From contig OZ024743.1 of NCBI GenBank assembly GCA_964016885.1, forward strand, positions 135,222,001 through 135,286,000: a stretch of DNA of 64,000 nt, read 5' to 3'. How positions within the stretch are numbered: the stretch's first letter is position 1; the number at the start of each line of letters is the position of its first letter. The translations under genes were made by a program, and so were the position numbers. Of the stretch, positions 1-12,000 are shown one piece after another. Origin of the DNA: Eledone cirrhosa (Eukaryota). Under the pieces are notes generated by a model that did no database searches, was not told the origin of the DNA, and saw only the letters and a list, made by a program, of their open reading frames with translations.

Positions 1-3000
1 CTTGGTGTTTGGTGCTTGGTGCTTGGTGTTTGGTGCTTGGTGTTTGGTGCTTGGTGTTCGGTGCTTGGTGCTTGGTGCTTGGTGCTTGGTGTTAGGTGTT
101 TGGTGCTTGGTGCTTGGTGTATGATGTTTGGTCCTTGGTGTTTGGTGTTTGGTGCTTGGTGCTTGGTGTTTGGTGCTTGGTGCTTGGTGCTTGGTGTTTG
201 GTGTTTGGTGCTTGCTGCTTGCTGCTTGGTGTTTGGTGCTTGGTGATTGGTGCTTGGTGTTTGCTGCTTGGTGCTTGGTGTTTGGTGTTTGGTGCTAGGT
301 GCTTGGTGCTTGGTGTTTGGTGCTTGGTGCTTGGTGCTTGGTGTTTGGCGTTTGGTGCTTGGTGCTTGGTGTTTGTTGCTTGGTGCTTGGTTTTTGGTCT
401 TTGGTGCTTGGTACCTGGTGCTTGTTGTTTGGTTTTTGGTGCTTGGTGCTTGGTGTTTGGTGCTTGGTGTCTGGTGCTGGGTGTTTGGTGCTTGGTGCTT
501 GGTGTTTGGTGCTTGGTGCTTGGTGCTTGGTGTTTGGTCCTTGGTGCTTGGTGCTTGGTCTTTGGTGCTTGGGGTTTGGTGTTTGGTGCTTGGTGCTTGG
601 TGTTTGGTGCTAGGTGCTTAGTGCTTGGTGCTTGGTGTTTGGTGCTTGCTGCTTGGTGCTTGGTGATTGGTGCTTGGTGCTTGGTGATTAGTATTTGGTG
701 ATTGGTGCTTGGGGTTTGCTGTTTGGTGCTTGGTGTTTGGTGCTTGGTGCTTGGTGATTAGTGTTTGGTGATTGGTGCTTGGGGTTTGGTGTTTGATGCT
801 TGGTGCTTGGTTTTTGGTGTTTGGTGCTTGGTACCTGGTGCTTGTTGTTTGGTGTTTGGTGCTTGGTGCTTGGTGCTTGGTGTTTAGTGCTTGGTGTCTG
901 GTGTTTGGTGCTTGGTGTTTGGTGTTTGGTGCTTGGTGCTTGGTGCTTGGTGTTTGGTGTTTGCTGCTTGGTGCTTGGTGTTTGGTGCTTGGTGTTTGGT
1001 GTTTGGTGTTTGATGCTTGGTGTTTGCTGCTTGGTGCTTGGTGTTTTGTGTTTGGTGCTTGGTGTTTTGTGTTTGGTGCTTGGTGCTTGGTGCCTGGTGC
1101 TTGGTCCTTGGTGCTTGGTGTTTGGTGCTTGGTTCTTGGTGTTTGGTGATTGGTGCTTGGTGCTTGGTGTTTGGTGCTTGGTGCTTGGTGTTTAGCAGTT
1201 GGTGCTTGGTGTTTGGTTTTTGGTGCTTGGTGTTTGGTGCTTGGTGCTTGGTGTTAAGTGTTTGGGGCTTGGTGCTTGGTCCATGGTGCTTGGTGTTTGG
1301 GTCTTGGTGCCTGGTGCTTGGTGTTTGGTGCTTGGTGCTTGGTACTTGGTGTTTGGTGCTTGGTGTTTGGTGCTTGGTGCTTGGTGTTTGGTGCTTGGTG
1401 TTTGGTGCTTGGTGTTCGGTGCTTGGTGCTTGGTGCTTGGTGCTTGGTGTTAGGTGTTTGGTGCTTGGTGCTTGGTGTATGATGTTTGGTCCTTGGTGCT
1501 TGGTGTTTAGTGCTTGGTGCTTGGTGTTTGGTGTTTGGTGCTTGCTGCTTGCTGCTTGGTGTTTGGTGCTTGGTGATTGGTGCTTGGTGTTTGGTGCTTG
1601 GTGCTTGGTGTTTGGTGCTTGGTGCTTGGTGCTTGGTGTTTGGCGTTTGGTGCTTGGTGCTTGGTTTTTGGTGCTTGGCGCTTGGTTTTTGGTGTTTGGT
1701 GCTTGGTACCTGGTGCTTGTTGTTTGGTGTTTGGTGCTTGGTGCTTGGTGTTTGGTGCTTGGTGTCTGGTGTTTGGTGCTTGGTCTTTGGTGTTTGGTGC
1801 TTGGTGCTTGGTGCTTGGTGTTTGGTGTTTGGTGCTTGGTGCTTGGTGTTTGGTGTTTGGTGCTGGGTGCTTGGAGTTTGGTGCTTGGTGCTTGGTGCTT
1901 AGTGCTTGGTGTTAGGTGTTTGGTGCTTGGTGTTTGGTGGTTGGTGTTTGATGCTTGGTGTGTGCTGCTTGGTGCTTGGTGCTTGGTGTTTTGTGTTTGG
2001 TGCTTGGTGCTTGGTGCCTGGTTCTTGGTGCTTGGTGCTTGTTGTGTGGTGCTTGGTGATTAATGTTTGGTGCTTGGTTCTTGGGGTTTGCTGTTTGGTG
2101 CTTAGTGCTTAGTGTTTGGTGCTTGGTGCTTGGTTTCTGGTGTTTGGTGTTTGGTGTTTGGTGCTTGGTGCTTGGTGTTTGGGTTTTGGTGCTTGGTGCT
2201 TGGTGTTTGGTGCTTGGTGCTTGGTGCTTGGTGTTTGGTGCTGGGTGCTTGATGTTTGTGCTTGGTGCTTGGTGCTTGGTGCTTGGTGTTTGGTGTTTGG
2301 TGCTTGGTGTTTGGTGTTTGATGCTTGGTGTTTGATGCTTGTTGCTTGGTGCTTGGTGTTTTGTGTTTGGTGTTTGGTTCTTGGTGTATGTACTTGGTGC
2401 TTGGTGCTTGGTGTTTGCTGCTTGCTGCTTGGGGTTTGGTGCTTGGTGATTGGTGCTTGTTGTTTGGTGCTTGGTGCTTGGTGTTTGGTGTTTGGTGCTA
2501 GGTGCTTGGTGCTTGGTGCTTGGTGTTTGGTGCTTGGTGTTTGGTGCTTGGTACTTGGGGCTTGGTGTTTGGTGCTTGGTGCTTGGTGCTTGGTGTTTGG
2601 TGTTTGGTGTTTGGTGCTTGGTGCTTGGTGCTGGGTGGTTGGCGTTTGGTGATTGGTGCTTGGTGTTTGGTGCTTGGTGTTTGGTGCTTGGTGCTTGGTG
2701 CTTGGGGCTTGGTGTTTGGTGCTTGGTGCTTGGTGCCTGGTGCTTGGTGTTTGGTTTTTGGTGCTTGGTGTTTGGTCCTTGGTGCTTGGTGCTGGGTGGT
2801 TGGCGTTTAGTGCTTGGTGCTTGGTGTTTGGTGGTTGGTGCTTGGTGTTTGGTGCTTGGTGCTTGGTGATTAGTGTTTGGTGCTTTGTGCTTGGGGTTTG
2901 GTGTTCAGTGCTTGGTGCTTGGTGTTTGGTGCTTGGTGTTTGCTGTTTGGTGTTTGGTGTTTGGTGTTTGCTGTTTGCTGTCTGCTTTTTGGTGTTTGGT

Positions 3001-6000
3001 GTTTGCTGTATGGTGTTTGCTGTTTGGTGTTTGGTGTTTGCTGTTTGGTGTTTGGTGTTTGGTGTTTGGTGTTTCCTGTTTGGTCTTTGGTCTTTGGTGC
3101 TTGGTGTTTGGTGCTTGGTGCTTGGTGCTTGTTGTTTGATGATTGGTGCTTGGCGCTTGGTGTTTGGTGTTTGGTGTTTGGTGCTTGGTGTCTGGTGCTT
3201 GGTGTTTGGTGTTTGGTGTTTGGTGCTTGGTGCTTGGTGCTTGGTGTTCGGTGTTTGGTGTTTGGTGCTTGGTGCTTGGTGTTTGGTGCTTGGTGCTTGG
3301 TGCTTGGTGTTTGGTGCTGCATGCTTGGTGTTTGGTGTTTGGTGCTTGGTGCTTGGTGCTTGGTATTTGGTGCTTGGTGCTTGGTGCTTGGTGATTAGTG
3401 TTTGGTACTTGGTGCTTGGGGTTTGGTGTTTGGTGCTTGGTGCTTGGTGTTTGGTGCTTGGTACTTGGTGTTTGGTGCTTGGTGCTTGGTGTTTGCTGTT
3501 TGCTGTTTGGTGTTTGGTGTTTGCTGTATGGTGTTTGCTGTTTCGTGTTTGGTCTTTGCTATTTGGTGTTTGGTCTTTGGTGTTTGGTGTTTGATGCTTG
3601 GTGCTTGGTGCTTGGTGTTTGATGCTTGGTGCTTGGTGTTTGGTGATTGGTGCTTGGTGCTTGCTGTTTGGTGTTTAGTGCTTGGTGCCTGGTGCTTGTT
3701 GTTTGGTGATTGGTGCTTGTTGTTTTGTGTTTGCTTTTTGTGTTTGGTGTTTGGTGTTTGCCATTTGGTGTTTAGTGCTTGGTGCTTGGTGCTTGGTGTT
3801 TGGTGCTTGGCGTTTGGTGCTTGGTGCTTGGTGTTTGGTGTTTGGTGTTTGGTGTTTAGTGCTTGGTGTTTGGTGCATTGTTCTTGGTGTTTGGTGTTTG
3901 GAGCTTGGTGTTTGGTGCTTGGAGCTTGGTGCTTCGTGTTTGGTGCTTGGTGCTTGGTGCTTGGTGTTTGGTGCATGGTGTTTGGTGCTTGGTGCTTGGT
4001 GCTTGGTGCTTGGTGCTTGGTGCTTGGTGTTTGGTGTTTGCTGCTTGGTGTTTGGTGCTTGGTGCTTGGTGCTTGGTGTTAGGTGTTTGGTGCTTGGTGT
4101 TTGGTGCTTGGTGTTTGGTGTTTGCTGCTTGGTGTTTGGTGCTTGGTGCTTGGTGTTAGGTGTTTGGTGCTTGGTGTTTGGTGTTTTGTGCTTGGTGCTT
4201 GGTGCTTGGTGTTTGGTGCTTGGTGCTTGGTGTTTGGTGCTTGGTGCCTGGTGCTTGGTGTTTGGTGCTTCGTGCTTGGTGCTTGGTGTTTGGTGTTTGG
4301 TGCTTGGTGTTTGGTGCTTGGTGCTTGGTGTTTGATGCTTGGTGCTTGGTGTTTCGTGTTTGGTATTTGGTGTTTGGTGTTTGGTGCATGGTGCTTGGTG
4401 TTTGGTGCTTGGTGATTGGTGCTTGGTGTTTGGTGCTTGGTGCTTGGTGTTTGGTGTTTGGTGCTAGGTGCTTGGTGATTGGTGCTTGGTGCTTGGTGTT
4501 TGGTGCTTGGTACTTGGGGCTTGGTGTTTGGTGCTTGGTGCTAGGTGTTTGGTGTTTGGTATTTGGTGCTTGGTGTTTGGTGCATGGTGCTTGGTGTTTG
4601 GTGCTTGGTGATTGGTGCTTGGTGTTTGGTGCTTGGTGCTTGGTGTTTGGTGTTTGGTGCTAGGTGCTTGGTGCCTGGTGTTTGGTGCTTGGTGTTTGGT
4701 GCTGGGTACTTGGGGCTTGGTGTTTGGTGCTTGGTGCTTGGTGTTTGGTGTTTGGTGTTTGGTGCTTGGTACTTGGTGCTGGGTGGTTGGCATTTGGTGC
4801 TTGGTGCTTGGTGTTTGGTGCTTGGTGCTTGGTGTTTGGTGCTTGGTGCTTGGTGTTTGGGGCTTGGTGTTTGGTGCTTGGTGCTTGGTGTTTGGTGCTT
4901 GGTGCTTGGTGCTGGGTGGTTGGCGTTTGGTGCTTGGTGCTTGGTGCTTGGTGTTTGTCGCTTGGTGCTTGGTGCTTGGTGTTTGGTGCTTGGTGTTTGG
5001 TGTTTGGTGCTTGGTGCTTGGTGTTTGGTGCTTGGTACTTGGTGTTTGGTGATTGGTGCTTGGTGTTTGGTGTTTGGTGTTTGCTGTTTGCTGTCTGCTT
5101 TTTGGTGTTTGCTGTTTGCTGTATGGTGTTTGCTGTTTCGTGTTTGGTGTTTCCTGTTTGGTGTTTGGTGTTTGGTGTTTCCTGTTTGGTCTTTGGTCTT
5201 TGGTGATTGGTGTTTGGTGCTTGGTGCTTGGTGTTTGGTGTTTGGTGCTTGGTGCTTGGTGTTTGGTGTTTGGTGCTTGGTGCTTGTTGTTTGGTGATTG
5301 GTGCTTGGTGCTTGGTGTCTGGTGCCTGGTGTTTGGTGTTTGGTGTTTGGTGCTTGGTGCTTGTTGTTTGGTGATTGGTGCTTGGTGCTTGGTGTCTGGT
5401 GCTTGGTGTTTGGTGTTTGGTGCTTGGTGCTTGGTGCTTGGTGTTTTGTGTTTGGTGCTTGGTGCTTGGTGCCTGGTTCTTGGTGCTTGGTGCTTGTTGT
5501 GTGGTGCTTGGTGATTAATGTTTGGTGCTTGGTGCTTGGGATTTGCTGTTTGGTGCTTGGTGCTTAGTGTTTGGTGCTTGGTGTTTGGTGTTTCGTATTT
5601 GGTGTTTGGTGCTTGGTTTCTGGTGTTTGGTGTTTGGTGTTTGGTGCTTGGTGCTTGGTGTTTGGGTTTTGGGGCTTGGTGCTTGGTGTTTGTTGTTTGG
5701 TGCTTGGTGTTTGGTGTTTGGTGCTTGGTGTTTGGTGCTTGGTGCTTGGTGCTTGGTGTTTGGTGCTGGGTGCTTGATGATTGTGCTTGGTGCTTGGTGC
5801 TTGGTGCTTGGTGTTTGGTGTTTGGTGTTTGGTGTTTGATGCTTGGTGTTTGATACTTGTTGCTTGGTGCTTGGTGTTTTGTGTTTGGTGTTTGGTTCTT
5901 GGTGTATGTACTTGGTGCTTGGTGCTTGGTGTTTGGTGCTTGGTTCTTGGTGTTTGGAGATTGGTGCTTGGTGCTTGGTGTTTGGTGTTTAGTGCTTGGT

Positions 6001-9000
6001 GTTTGGTACTTGGTGCTTGGTGTTTGGTGTTTGGTGCTTGGTGTTTGGTGCTTGGTGCTTGGTGCTTGGTGTTTGGTGCATGGTGCTTGGTGTTTGGTGC
6101 TTGGTGCTGGTGTTTGGTGTTTGGTGTTTGGTGCTGGGTGTTTGGTGCTTGGTGTTCGGTGCTTTGTGCTAGGTGCTTGGTGCTTGGTGTTTGATGTTTG
6201 GTCCTTGGTGCTTGGTGTTTGGTGTTTTGTGCTTGGTGCTTGGTGCTTGGTGTTTGGTGCTTGGTGCTTCGTGCTTGGTGTTTGGCGTTTGCTGTTTGCT
6301 GTTTGGTGTTTGGTGTTTGCTGTTTGATGTTTGCTGTTTTGTGTTTGGTGTTTGGTGCTTGCTGTTTGGTGCTTGGTGCTTGGTGTTTGGTGTTTGGTGT
6401 TTGGTGCTTGGTGCTTGGTTTTTGGTGCTTGGTGCTTGGTGCTGGGTGTTTGGTGCTTGGTGCTTGGTGTTTGGTCCTTGGTGCTTGGTGCTTGGTCTTT
6501 GGTGCTTGGGGTTTGGTGTTTGGTGCTTGGTGCGTGGTGTTTGGTGCTTGGTGCTTAGTGCTTGGTGATTGGTGCTTGGTGCTTGGTGATTAGTGTTTGG
6601 TGATTGGTGCTTGGGGTTTGCTGTTTGGTGCTTGGTGTTTGGTGCTTGGTGCTTGGTGATTGGTGTTTGGTGATTGGTGCTTGGCGTTTGGTGTTTGATG
6701 CTTGGTGCTTGGTTTTTGGTGTTTGGTGCTTGGTACCTAGTGCTTGTTGTTTGGTGTTTGGTGCTTGGTGCTTGGTGCTTGGTGTTTGGTGCTTGGTGTC
6801 TGGTGTTTGGTGCTTGGTGTTTGGTGTTTGGTGCTTGGTGCTTGGTGCTTGGTGTTTGGTGTTTGCTGCTTGGTGCTTGGTGTTTTGTGCTTGGTGTTTG
6901 GTGTTTGGTGTTTGATGCTTGGTGTTTGCTGCTTGGTGCTTGGTGCTTGGTGTTTTGTGTTTGGTGCTTGGTGTTTTGTGTTTGGTGCTTGGTGCTTGGT
7001 GCCTGGTGCTTGGTCCTTGGTGCTTGGTGTTTGGTGCTTGGTTCTTGGTGTTTGGTGATTGGTGCTTGGTGCTTGGTGTTTGGTGCTTGGTGCTTGGTGT
7101 TTAGTAGTCGGTGCTTGGTGTTTGGTTTTTGGTGCTTGGTGTTTGGTGCTTGGTGCTTGGTGTTAAGTGTTTGGGGCTTGGTGCTTGGTCCATGGTGCTT
7201 GGTGTTTGGTGCTTGGTGCCTGGTGCTTGGTGTTTGGTGCTTGGTGCTTGGTGCTTGGTGTTTGGTGCTTGGTGTTTGGTGCTTGGTGCTTGGTGTTTGG
7301 TGCTTGGTGTTTGGTGCTTGGTGTTCGGTGCTTGGTGCTTGGTGCTTGGTGCTTGGTGTTAGGTGTTTGGTGCTTGGTGCTTGGTGTATGATGTTTGGTC
7401 CTTGGTGCTTGGTGTTTGGTGTTTGGTGCTTGCTGCTTGCTGCTTGGTGTTTGGTGCTTGGTGATTGGTGCTTGGTGTTTGCTGCTTGGTGCTTGGTGTT
7501 TGGTGTTTGGTGCTAGGTGCTTGGTGCTTGGTGTTTGGTGCTTGGTGCTTGGTGCTTGGTGTTTGGCGTTTGGTGCTTGGTGCTTGGTGTTTGTTGCTTG
7601 GTGCTTGGTTTTTGGTCTTTGGTGCTTGGTACCTGGTGCTTGTTGTTTGGTTTTTGGTGCTTGGTGCTTGGTGTTTGGTGCTTGGTGTCTGGTGCTGGGT
7701 GTTTGGTGCTTGGTGCTTGGTGTTTGGTGCTTGGTGCTTGGTGCTTGGTGTTTGGTCCTTGGTGCTTGGTGCTTGGTCTTTGGTGCTTGGGGTTTGGTGT
7801 TTGGTGCTTGGTGCTTGGTGTTTGGTGCTAGGTGCTTAGTGCTTGGTGCTTGGTGTTTGGTGCTTGCTGCTTGGTGCTTGGTGATTGGTGCTTGGTGCTT
7901 GGTGATTAGTATTTGGTGATTGGTGCTTGGGGTTTGCTGTTTGGTGCTTGGTGTTTGGTGCTTGGTGCTTGGTGATTAGTGTTTGGTGATTGGTGCTTGG
8001 GGTTTGGTGTTTGATGCTTGGTGCTTGGTTTTTGGTGTTTGGTGCTTGGTACCTGGTGCTTGTTGTTTGGTGTTTGGTGCTTGGTGCTTGGTGCTTGGTG
8101 TTTGGTGCTTGGTGTCTGGTGTTTGGTGCTTGGTGTTTGGTGTTTGGTGCTTGGTGCTTGGTGCTTGGTGTTTGGTGTTTGCTGCTTGGTGCTTGGTGTT
8201 TGGTGCTTGGTGTTTGGTGTTTGGTGTTTGATGCTTGGTGTTTGCTGCTTGGTGCTTGGTGTTTTGTGTTTGGTGCTTGGTGTTTTGTGTTTGGTGCTTG
8301 GTGCTTGGTGCCTGGTGCTTGGTCCTTGGTGCTTGGTGTTTGGTGCTTGGTTCTTGGTGTTTGGTGATTGGTGCTTGGTGCTTGGTGTTTGGTGCTTGGT
8401 GCTTGGTGTTTAGCAGTTGGTGCTTGGTGTTTGGTTTTTAGTGCTTGGTGTTTGGTGCTTGGTGCTTGGTGTTAAGTGTTTGGGGCTTGGTGCTTGGTCC
8501 ATGGTGCTTGGTGTTTGGGTCTTGGTGCCTGGTGCTTGGTGTTTGGTGCTTGGTGCTTGGTACTTGGTGTTTGGTGCTTGGTGTTTGGTGCTTGGTGCTT
8601 GGTGTTTGGTGCTTGGTGTTTGGTGCTTGGTGTTCGGTGCTTGGTGCTTGGTGCTTGGTGCTTGGTGTTAGGTGTTTGGTGCTTGGTGCTTGGTGTATGA
8701 TGTTTGGTCCTTGGTGCTTGGTGTTTAGTGCTTGGTGCTTGGTGTTTGGTGTTTGGTGCTTGCTGCTTGCTGCTTGGTGTTTGGTGCTTGGTGATTGGTG
8801 CTTGGTGTTTGGTGCTTGGTGCTTGGTGTTTGGTGCTTGGTGCTTGGTGCTTGGTGTTTGGCGTTTGGTGCTTGGTGCTTGGTTTTTGGTGCTTGGTGCT
8901 TGGTTTTTGGTGTTTGGTGCTTGGTACCTGGTGCTTGTTGTTTGGTGTTTGGTGCTTGGTGCTTGGTGTTTGGTGCTTGGTGTCTGGTGTTTGGTGCTTG

Positions 9001-12000
9001 GTCTTTGGTGTTTGGTGCTTGGTGCTTGGTGCTTGGTGTTTGGTGTTTGGTGCTTGGTGCTTCGTGTTTGGTGTTTGGTGCTGGGTGCTTGGAGTTTGGT
9101 GCTTGGTGCTTGGTGCTTAGTGCTTGGTGTTAGGTGTTTGGTGCTTGGTGTTTGGTGGTTGGTGTTTGATGCTTGGTGTGTGCTGCTTGGTGCTTGGTGC
9201 TTGGTGTTTTGTGTTTGGTGCTTGGTGCTTGGTGCCTGGTTCTTGGTGCTTGGTGCTTGTTGTGTGGTGCTTGGTGATTAATGTTTGGTGCTTGGTTCTT
9301 GGGGTTTGCTGTTTGGTGCTTAGTGCTTAGTGTTTGGTGCTTGGTGCTTGGTTTCTGGTGTTTGGTGTTTGGTGTTTGGTGCTTGGTGCTTGGTGTTTGG
9401 GTTTTGGTGCTTGGTGCTTGGTGTTTGGTGCTTGGTGCTTGGTGCTTGGTGTTTGGTGCTGGGTGCTTGATGTTTGTGCTTGGTGCTTGGTGCTTGGTGC
9501 TTGGTGTTTGGTGTTTGGTGCTTGGTGTTTGGTGTTTGATGCTTGGTGTTTGATGCTTGTTGCTTGGTGCTTGGTGTTTTGTGTTTGGTGTTTGGTTCTT
9601 GGTGTATGTACTTGGTGCTTGGTGCTTGGTGTTTGGTGCTTGGTTCTTGGTGTTTGGTGATTGGTGCTTGGTGCTTGGTGTTTGGTGTTTGGTGCTTGGT
9701 GTTTGGTACTTGGTGCTTGGTGTTTGGTGTTTGGTGCTTGGTGTTTGGTGCTTGGTGCTTGGTGCTTGGTGTTTGGTGCATGGTGCTTGGTGTTTGGTGC
9801 TTGGTGCCTGGTGTTTGGTGTTTGGTGCTTGGTGTTTGGTGCTTGGTGTTTGGTGCTTGGTGTTCGGTGCTTTGTGCTAGGTGCTTGGTGCTTGGTGTTT
9901 GATGTTTGGTCCTTGGTGCTTGGTGTTTGGTGTTTTGTGCTTGGTGCTTGGTGCTTGGTGTTTGGTGCTTGGTGCTTCGTGCTTGGTGTTTGGCGTTTGC
10001 TGTTTGCTGTTTGGTGTTTGGTGTTTGCTGTTTGATGTTTGCTGTTTGGTGTTTGGTGTTTGGTGCTTGCTGTTTGGTGCTTGGTGCCTGGTGTTTGGTG
10101 TTTGGTGTTTGGTGCTTGGTGCTTGGTGTTTGGTGCTTGGTGCTTGGTGCTGGGTGTTTGGTGCTTGGTGCTTGGTGTTTGGTGCTTGGTGCTTGGTGCT
10201 TGGTGTTTGGTCCTTGGTGCTTGGTGCTTGGTCTTTAGTGCTTGGGGTTTGGTGTTTGGTGCTTGGTGCCTGGTGCTTGGTGTTTGGTGCTTGGTGCTTG
10301 GTGCTTGGTGTTTGGTGCTTGGTGTTTGGTGCTTGGTGCTTGGTGTTTGGTGCTTGGTGTTTGGTGCTTGGTGTTCGGTGCTTGGTGCTTGGTGCTTGGT
10401 GCTTGGTGTTAGGTGTTTGGTGCTTGGTGCTTGGTGTATGATGTTTGGTCCTTGGTGCTTGGTGTTTGGTGTTTGGTGCTTGCTGCTTGCTGCTTGGTGT
10501 TTGGTGCTTGGTGATTGGTGCTTGGTGTTTGCTGCTTGGTGCTTGGTGTTTGGTGTTTGGTGCTAGGTGCTTGGTGCTTGGTGTTTGGTGCTTGGTGCTT
10601 GGTGCTTGGTGTTTGGCGTTTGGTGCTTGGTGCTTGGTGTTTGTTGCTTGGTGCTTGGTTTTTGGTCTTTGGTGCTTGGTACCTGGTGCTTGTTGTTTGG
10701 TTTTTGGTGCTTGGTGCTTGGTGTTTGGTGCTTGGTGTCTGGTGCTGGGTGTTTCGTGCTTGGCGCTTGGTGTTTGGTGCTTGGTGCTTGGTGCTTGGTG
10801 TTTGGTCCTTGGTGCTTGGTGCTTGGTCTTTGGTGCTTGGGGTTTGGTGTTTGGTGCTTGGTGCTTGGTGTTTGGTGCTAGGTGCTTAGTGCTTGGTGCT
10901 TGGTGTTTGGTGCTTGCTGCTTGGTGCTTGGTGATTGGTGCTTGGTGCTTGGTGATTAGTATTTGGTGATTGGTGCTTGGGGTTTGCTGTTTGGTGCTTG
11001 GTGTTTGGTGCTTGGTGCTTGGTGATTAGTGTTTGGTGATTGGTGCTTGGGGTTTGGTGTTTGATGCTTGGTGCTTGGTTTTTGGTGTTTGGTGCTTGGT
11101 ACCTGGTGCTTGTTGTTTGGTGTTTGGTGCTTGGTGCTTGGTGCTTGGTGTTTGGTGCTTGGTGTCTGGTGTTTGGTGCTTGGTGTTTGGTGTTTGGTGC
11201 TTGGTGCTTGGTGCTTGGTGTTTGGTGTTTGCTGCTTGGTGCTTGGTGTTTGGTGCTTGGTGTTTGGTGTTTGGTGTTTGATGCTTGGTGTTTGCTGCTT
11301 GGTGCTTGGTGTTTTGTGTTTGGTGCTTGGTGTTTTGTGTTTGGTGCTTGGTGCTTGGTGCCTGGTGCTTGGTCCTTGGTGCTTGGTGTTTGGTGCTTGG
11401 TTCTTGGTGTTTGGTGATTGGTGCTTGGTGCTTGGTGTTTGGTGCTTGGTGCTTGGTGTTTATTAGTTGGTGCTTGGTGTTTGGTTTTTGGTGCTTGGTG
11501 TTTGGTGCTTGGTGCTTGGTGTTAAGTGTTTGGGGCTTGGTGCTTGGTCCATGGTGCTTGGTGTTTGGTTCTTGGTGCCTGGTGCTTGGTGTTTGGTGCT
11601 TGGTGCTTGGTACTTGGTGTTTGGTGCTTGGTGTTTGGTGCTTGGTGCTTGGTGTTTGGTGCTTGGTGTTTGGTGCTTGGTGTTCGGTGCTTGGTGCTTG
11701 GTGCTTGGTGCTTGGTGTTAGGTGTTTGGTGCTTGGTGCTTGGTGTATGATGTTTGGTCCTTGGTGCTTGGTGTTTAGTGCTTGGTGCTTGGTGTTTGGT
11801 GTTTGGTGCTTGCTGCTTGCTGCTTGGTGTTTGGTGCTTGGTGATTGGTGCTTGGTGTTTGGTGCTTGGTGCTTGGTGTTTGGTGCTTGGTGCTTGGTGC
11901 TTGGTGTTTGGCGTTTGGTGCTTGGTGCTTGGTGTTTGGTGCTTGGTGCTTGGTTTTTGGTGTTTGGTGCTTGGTACCTGGTGCTTGTTGTTTGGTGTTT

